DNA of 64,000 nucleotides from Chrysomallon squamiferum (Eukaryota > Animalia > Mollusca), in NCBI GenBank assembly GCA_012295275.1, contig CM022674.1, forward strand, positions 15,314,001-15,378,000, in the 5' to 3' direction. The position numbers and the translations under genes are program-made. This document shows positions 55,291-64,000 of this stretch, one piece after another (within the stretch, counting starts at the first letter, position 1; every line of letters begins with the position of its first letter). The notes under the pieces are model-generated. The model saw nothing but the letters and a program-made list of their open reading frames with translations. It did no database searches and was not told the DNA's origin.

Positions 55291-58200
55291 ACTTGTTTCC
55301 CTCTTTACTAAGGTCATTATTTACCTATCTGCCTACTTTATTTCTTACTAAGATAATTTTTGATTACTTAGTTACATTGTCACTAAGATAGGTTACTATT
55401 TTTTGGTTGCTTCCTTTAGTTAGGTCATTATTTACGAACTTACTTTCTTACTTAGATATTTTTAATGTACTAAGTTATCTTCTAACTTAATTACCTTTCC
55501 ATGTTTACTTAGGTCATTATTTACCTATTTACATATTTTCTTCCTTACTTAGATAATTGTTATTGTACTTAGTTACATTGTCACTTACTTAGGTTACATT
55601 CTCATTAAATTAGTCATTATTCACGAACTTGACTTTTTCCTACTTTGATATTTTTTTAATTTACATTCTAGGTCATTATTTACGAACTTATTTCCATTCT
55701 TATTTACTTTCTTTCTTACTTAGATAATTTTTAATGTACTTAGTTACATTGTCACTTACTTAGGTTATTAGGTTCCTATTTATTAGGTATTATTTACGAA
55801 CTTTTTTTGATAACTTAGGTCATTATTTTTTTCTTTTCTTACATAGATAATTGTTAATGCACTTAGTTACATTGTCACTTACTTAGGTTACTATTTACTT
55901 ACCTATTCGCTTCCTTCCTTACTTAGGTCATTATTTTTACGAACTTACTTACTTTTTACTTAGATATTTTTAATGTACTAACTTACATTTCACTAAATTA
56001 GTTTCTTGAATCTTTCCTTACTTAGGACAATATTTTACGAACTTCCTTATTTACCTTCTTACTTAGATAATTGTTAATGTACTTTCTTACATTCTTAGAA
56101 TTAAGTTACTATTTATTTTATTTCCTTTGAAACTTTATTTATTTCCATTCTTATTTTTTCTTTTCTTACTTAGATAAGTGTTAATGCATGTAGTTACATT
56201 CTCACTTACTTAGGTTACTATTTACTTACAGATTCGCTTCATTCGTAACTTAAGTCATTATTCACGAACTTACTTTCATTTTTAATTAGATATTTGTTAA
56301 TGAACTAACTTACATTCTCACCTACTTAGATGCTTGTTCCATGTTTACTTAGATCCTTATTTACCTATTTACATACTTTCTTTCTTAGTTAGATAATTGT
56401 TAATGTACTTAGTTACATTGTCACTTACTTACGTTACTATTTACTTACCTATTCGCTTCGTTCCTTACTTAGGTGATTATTTCTATACTTACTTACTTTC
56501 TTACGTAGATAATTGTTAATGTACGAAGTTGCATTCTCACTCAATTAGTTTCTTGAATCCTTGCTTACTTAGGTCATTATTTACGAACTTACTTACTTAC
56601 TTTCTAACTTAGATAAATGTTAATGTACTTACTTACATTCTGACTGAATTAGGTTACTATTTATTTACAGACTCGCTTCTTTGATAACTTAGGTCATTAT
56701 TTCCATTCTTATTTAGTTTCTTTCTTACTTAGATACTTGTTAGTGCACTTAGTTACATTGTCACTTGCTTAGGTTTCTATTTACTTACTGATTCGCTTCC
56801 TTGGTAACGTAGGTCATTATTCACGAACTTTCTTTTTTACTTAGATATTGGTTAATGTACTAACTTATATTCTCACTAACTTAGATAATTGTTTCCCTCT
56901 TTACTTAGGTCATTATTTACCTATCTACCTACTTTCTTTCTTACTAAGATAGTTTTTAATGTACTTAGTTACATTGTCACTTACATAGGTTACTATTTAC
57001 TTACTTATTCGCTTCCTTGCTTACTTAGGTCAATATTTACGAACTTACTTACTTTCCTTCTTACTTAGATAATTGTTAATGTACGAAGTTGCATTCTCAC
57101 TAAATTAGTTTCTTGAATCCTTGCATACTTAAGTCAATATTTACTAACTTACTTACTTACCTTCTTACTTAGATGATTGTTAATGTACTTTCTTATATTC
57201 TCACTGAATTAAGTTACTATTTATTTACTGACGCACTTCCTAGGAAACTTAGTTCATTATTTCCATTCTTATTTACTTTCTTTCTTACTTAGATAATTGT
57301 TAATGTACTTAGTTACATTGTCACTTACTTAGGTTACTATTTACTTACCTATTCGCTTCCTTCCTTACTTAGGTCATTATTTCTATACTTACTTTCTTTC
57401 TTACTTAGATAATTGTTAATGCACTTAGTTACATTGCCACTTACTTAGGTTACTATTTACTTACTGATTCGCTTCCTTGGTAACTTAGGCCATTATTTAC
57501 GAACTTACTTACTTTCTTACTTACATATTTCTTAATGTACTAACTAACATTCTCACCTACTTAGATTCTTGTTTCCATGTTTACTTACGTCCTTATTTAC
57601 CTATTTTACATACTTTCGTTCTTACTTAGATAATTGTTAATGTACTTAGTTACATTGTCACTTACATAGGTTACTATTTACTTACTTATTCGCTTCCTTG
57701 CTTACTTAGGTCATTATTTATGTACTTACTTACTATCTTACGTAGATAATTGTCAATGTACGAAGTTGCATTCTCACTAAATTGATTTCTTGAATCCTTG
57801 CTTATTTACGTCATTATTTACGAACTTACTTACTTACTTACTTACTTTGTAATTTAGAATAAATGCTAATGTACTTACTTACATTCTGACTGAATTAGGT
57901 TACTATTTATTTACAGACTGGCTTCTTTGATAACTTAGGTCATTATTTCCATTGTTATTTACTTTCCTTCTTACTTAGATAATTGTTAATGCACTTAGTT
58001 ACATTGCCACTTACATCGGATACCATTTACTTACTTATTCGCTTCCTTGCTTACTTAGGTCATTATTTATGTACTTACTTACTTTCTTACGTAGATAATT
58101 GTTAATGTACTAAGTTGCATTCTCACTCAATTAGTTTCTTGAATCCTTGCTTACTTAGGTCATTATTTACGAACTTACTTACTTACTTTCTTACTTAGAT

Positions 58201-61200
58201 AATTGTTAATGTACTTACTTACATTCTCACTGAACTAAGTTACTATTTATTTACTGACTCACTTCCTCGGAAACTTAGGTCATTATTTCCATTCTTATGA
58301 ACTTTCTTTCTTACTTAGATAATTGTTAATGCACTTAGTTTCATTGTCACTTACTTAGGTTACTATTTACTTAGGTTACTATTTACTTACTGATTGGCTT
58401 GATTGGTAACTTAGGTCATTATTTACGAACTTACTTACTTTCTTACTTAGATATTTGTTAATGTACTAACTTATATTCTCACTAACTTAGATACTTGTTT
58501 CCCTCTTTACTTAGGTCATTATTTACCTATCTACCTACTTTCTTTCTTACTAAGATGATTTTTAATGTACTTAGTTACATTCTCACTTACATAGGTTACT
58601 ATTTACTTACCTATTCGCTTCATTGCTTACTTAGGTCATTATTTATGTTGTTACTTACTTTCTTACGTAGATAATTGTTAATGTACGATGTTGCATTCTC
58701 ACTGAATTAGTTTCTTGAGTCCTTGCTTACTTAGGACAATATTTACGAACTTACTTACTTACTTTCTTACTTAGATAATTGTTAATGTACTTACTTACAT
58801 TCTCACTGAATTAAGTTACTATTTATTTACTGACTCACTTCCTTGCAAACTTAGGTCATTATTTCCATTCTTATTTACTTTCTTTCTTACTTAGATAATT
58901 GTTAATGCATTTAGTTACATTTAGTTACTTAGGTTACTATTTGTCACAGATTCGCTTCATTGGTAACTTAGGTCATTATTCACGAACTTACTTTTACTTA
59001 CTTAGATTCGCTTCATTTCACTTCCTTTTATTACTTAGGTCATTATTCATGAACTTAGTTTCATTGTTTTTTTACTTAGTTATATTTTTAATTCGCTTCT
59101 GTTGTATTTTTACTTTCTTTCTTACGTAGATAATTACATTCAATTAGTTTACTTTCTTAGGTCATTATTTACGAACTTAATTTTTACTTAGTTTTACTTA
59201 GATAATTGTTAGATATTCTTGTTTCCTTCTTTGAAACTTAGGTCATTATTTCCATTCTTATTTACTTTCTTTCTTACTTAGATTTGTTTACTTAGATAAT
59301 TGTTAATTTAATTTAGTTACATTGTCACTTACTTAGGTTACTATTTACTTACTGATTGCTTCCTTGGTAACTTAGGTCATTATTTACGAACTTACTTACT
59401 TTCTTACTTATTAGATATTTGTTAATGTACTAACTTTACATTCTAAGGTTACTTTTTAGATACTTGTTTCCATTGTTTACTTACTATTTTTTCCTTACTT
59501 AGGTCATTATTTTTACTTAGTTTTTACTTAGATATTTTTATTTACTTTTTTCTTTCTTACTTAGATAATTGTTAATGTACTTAGTTACATTGTTAGTTAC
59601 TTACTTAGGTTACTATTTACTTACCTATTCGCTTCGTTCCTTACTTAGGTCATTATTTCTATACTTACTTACTTTCTTACGTAGATAATTGTTAATGTAC
59701 GAAGTTGCATTCTCACTCAATTAGTTTCTTGAATCCTTGCTTACTTAGGTCATTATTTACGAACTTACTTACTTACTTTCTTACTTAGATAAATGTTAAT
59801 GTACTTACTTACATTCTGACTGAATTAGGTTACTATTTATTTACTGACTCGCTTCTTTGATAACTTAGGTCATTATTTCCATTCTTATTTAGTTTCTTTC
59901 TTACTTAGATAATTGTTAATGCACTTAGTTACATTGTCACTTACTTAGGTTTCTATTTACTTACTGATTCGCTTCCTTGGTAACTTAGGTCATTATTCAC
60001 GAACTTTTTTTTTTACTTAGATATTTGTTAATGTACTAACTTATATTCTCACTAACTTAGATAATTGTTTCCCTCTTTACTTAGGTCATTATTTACCTAT
60101 CTACCTACTTTCTTTCTTACTAAGATAGTTTTTAATGTACTTAGTTACATTGTCACTTACATAGGTTACTATTTACTTACTTATTCGCTTCCTTGCTTAC
60201 TTAGGTCAATATTTACGAACTTACTTACTTTCCTTCTTACTTAGATAATTGTTAATGTACGAAGTTGCATTCTCACTAAATTAGTTTCTTGAATCCTTGC
60301 ATACTTAAGTCAATATTTACTAACTTACTTACTTACCTTCTTACTTAGATGATTGTTAATGTACTTTCTTATATTCTCACTGAATTAAGTTACTATTTAT
60401 TTACTGACGCACTTCCTAGGAAACTTAGTTCATTATTTCCATTCTTATTTACTTTCTTTCTTACTTAGATAATTGTTAATGTACTTAGTTACATTGTCAC
60501 TTACTTAGGTTACTATTTACTTACCTATTCGCTTCCTTCCTTACTTAGGTCATTATTTCTATACTTACTTTCTTTCTTACTTAGATAATTGTTAATGCAC
60601 TTAGTTACATTGCCACTTACTTAGGTTACTATTTACTTACTGATTCGCTTCCTTGGTAACTTAGGCCATTATTTACGAACTTACTTACTTTCTTACTTAC
60701 ATATTTCTTAATGTACTAACTAACATTCTCACCTACTTAGATTCTTGTTTCCATGTTTACTTACGTCCTTATTTACCTATTTTACATACTTTCGTTCTTA
60801 CTTAGATAATTGTTAATGTACTTAGTTACATTGTCACTTACATAGGTTACTATTTACTTACTTATTCGCTTCCTTGCTTACTTAGGTCATTATTTATGTA
60901 CTTACTTACTATCTTACGTAGATAATTGTCAATGTACGAAGTTGCATTCTCACTAAATTGATTTCTTGAATCCTTGCTTATTTACGTCATTATTTACGAA
61001 CTTACTTACTTACTTACTTACTTACTTTGTAATTTAGAATAAATGCTAATGTACTTACTTACATTCTGACTGAATTAGGTTACTATTTATTTACAGACTG
61101 GCTTCTTTGATAACTTAGGTCATTATTTCCATTGTTATTTACTTTCCTTCTTACTTAGATAATTGTTAATGCACTTAGTTACATTGCCACTTACTTAGGT

Positions 61201-64000
61201 TACTATTTACTTACTGATTCGCTTCCTTGGTAACTTAGGTCATTATTTACGAACTTACTTACTTTCTTACTTAGATATTTGATAATGTACTAACTTACAT
61301 TCTCACCTACTTAGATACTTGTTTCCATGTTTGCTTGGTCCTTCTTTACCTATTTACTTATTTTCTTTCTTAGTTAGATAATTGTTATTGTACTTAGTTA
61401 CATTGTCACTTACTTAGGTCACTATTTACATACCTATTCGCTTCGTTCCTTACTTAGGTGATTATTTCTATACTTACTTACTTTCTTACGTAGATAATTG
61501 TTAATGTACGAACTTGCATTCTCACTAAATTAGTTTCTTGAATCTTTGCTTACTTAGGACAATATTTACGAACTTACTTACTTACCTTCTTACTTAGATA
61601 ATTGTTAATGTACTTTCTTACATTCTCACTGAATTAAGTTACTATTTATTTACTGACTCACTTCCTTCGAAACTTAGATCATTATTTCCATTCTTATTTA
61701 CTTTCTTTCTTACTTAGATAAGTGTTAATGCATTTAGTTACATTCTCACTTACTTAGGTTACTATTTACTTACAGATTCGCTTCATTCGTAACTTAGGTC
61801 ATTATTCACGAACTTACTTTCATTTTTAATTAGATATTTGTTAATGAACTAACTTACATTCTCACCTACTTAGATGCTTGTTTTCATGTTTACTTAGATC
61901 CTTATTTACCTATTTACATACTTTCTTTCTTAGTTAGATAATTGTTAATGTACTTAGTTACATTGTCACTTACTTAGGTTACTATTTACTTACCTATTCG
62001 CTTCGTTCCTTACTTAGGTGATTATTTCTATACTTACTTACTTTCTTACGTAGATAATTGTTAATGTACGAAGTTCCATTCTCACTCAATTAGTTTCTTG
62101 AATCCTTGCTTACTTAGGTCATTATTTACGAACTTACTTACTTACTTTCTAACTTAGATAAATGTTAATGTACTTACTTACATTCTGACTGAATTAGATT
62201 ACTATTTATTTACAGACTCGCTTCTTTGATAACTTAGGTCCTTATTTCCATTCTTATTTAGTTTCTTTCTTACTTAGATACTTGTTAGTGCACTTAGTTA
62301 CATTGTCACTTACTTAGGTTTCTATTTACTTACTGATTCGCTTCCTTTGTAACTTAGGTCATTATTCACGAACTTTCTTTTTTACTTAGATATTGGTTAA
62401 TGTACTAACTTATATTCTCACTAACTTAGATAATTGTTTCCCTCTTTACTTAGGTCATTATTTACCTATCTACCTACTTTCTTTCTTACTAAGATATTTT
62501 TAATGTACTTAGTTACATTGTCACTTACATAGGTTACTATTTTTTACTTATTTTATTTGCTTACTTAGGTTATTTCGAACTTCCTTTCCTTACTTAGATA
62601 ATTGTTAATTTACGAAGTTACATTTACTAAATTATTTTCTTTCTTACTTAGATAATTGTTAATGTCCTTACTTACTCACATTCTGACTGAATTAATTTAC
62701 TAATTATTTACTGACTCGCTTCTTTGATAACTTTCGTCATTATTTCCATTCTTATTTACTTTCTTTCTTACTTAGATAACTTTTAATGCATTTAGTTACA
62801 TTTTCACTTACTTATGTTACTATTTATTTCCTTACAGATTAGGTCTTTTATTGCTAACTTAGGTCATTATTTCAAGAACTTACTTTCTTTTTACTTAGAT
62901 ATTTTTTTAATGTACTAAATTACATTCTGACTTAATTAGTTACTTAGATACTTGTTCCCATGTTTACTTAGGTCATTATTTACCTATTTACATACTTTCT
63001 TTCTTACTTAGATAATTATTAATGCACTTAGTTACATTGTCACTTACTTAGGTTAATCTTTACTTACCTATTCGCTTCGTTCCTTACTTAGATCATTATT
63101 TCTATACTTACTTACTTTCTTACGTAGATAATTGTTAATGTAATTTGAAGTTGCATTCTCACTCAATTCTCACTCAATTAGTTAGTTTCTTGAATCCTTG
63201 CTTACTTAGGTCATTATTTACGATTTGAACTTACTTACTTACCTTTCTTACTTAGATAATTGTTAATGTACTTACTTACATTCTGACTACATTAGGTTAC
63301 TATTTATTTACTGACTCGCTTCTTTGATAACTTAGGTCATTATTTCCATTCTTATTTAGTTTCTTTCTTACTTAGATAATTGTTAATGCACTTAGTTACA
63401 TTGTCACTTACTTAGGTTTCTATTTACTTACTGATTCGCTTCCTTTGTAACTTAGGTCATTATTCACGAACTTTTTTTTTTTTTACTTAGATATTTGTTA
63501 ATGTACTAACTTATATTCTCACTAACTTAGATAATTTTTTTTCCCTCTTTACTTAGGTCATTATTTACCTATCTACCTATTTTATTTTACTTTCTTTCTT
63601 ACTTAAGATAGTTTTTAATGTACTTAGTTACATTGTCACTTACATAGGTTACTATTTACTTACTTATTCGCTTCCTTCCTTATCTTAGGTCAATATTTAC
63701 GAACTTACTTACTTTCTTTCTTACTTAGATAATTGTTAATGTCCTTACTTCACATTCTGACTGAATTAATTTACTATTTATTTACTGACTTGCTTCTTTG
63801 ATAACTTTAGGTCATTATTTCCATTCTTATTTACTTTCTTTCTTACTTAGATAATTTTAATGCATTTTTAGTTACATTTTCACTTACTTATGTTACTATT
63901 TACTTACAGATTCGCTTTTATTGCTAACTTAGGTCATTATTCAAGAACTTACTTTCTTTTTTTACTTAGATATTTTTTCATGTACTAAATTACATTCTCA
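55291..64000. repeat. Satellite DNA array: ~105-120 bp monomers in a ~560-bp pentameric higher-order unit
   Basis: The ttacttagataattgttaatg core recurs at 57291, 57407, 57523, 57628, 57744, 57856 and 57977. The variant marker gtttcttgaatcc recurs at roughly 560-bp spacing. The array runs to the window end. Confidence 0.97.

Noticed and set aside
55291-64000. True telomere
   Set aside because: TTAGG words are embedded in ~115-bp monomers; there is no tandem (TTAGG)n or (TTAGGG)n.

Overview
AT-rich animal (inferred lophotrochozoan/mollusc-like) genomic DNA with GT-AG introns, many microsatellites and two 200-N gaps. Bases ~1-47 kb form a large imperfect inverted duplication of a two-gene cassette: the 3' half of a tyrosine-decarboxylase-like (group II PLP decarboxylase) gene lying tail-to-tail with a PARP12/ZAP-like (CCCH zinc finger-WWE-PARP) gene. 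There are four decarboxylase copies plus one relic, and three PARP copies; all but decarboxylase copy 1 carry clear lesions. One PARP copy holds a ~7 kb coding minisatellite (51-bp/17-aa unit with a ~1.07 kb higher-order repeat). Other relics: a chitin-binding-type gene, a convergent secreted-protein-like gene, a FLYWCH/MULE fragment, a LINE 3' end, a GPCR fragment, an LRR-TM fragment and a Ulp1/SENP protease domain. The window ends in a 60-bp minisatellite and >8.7 kb of higher-order satellite, which suggests a heterochromatin-proximal duplication zone. All homology calls come from recognising motifs by eye; no database search was run.
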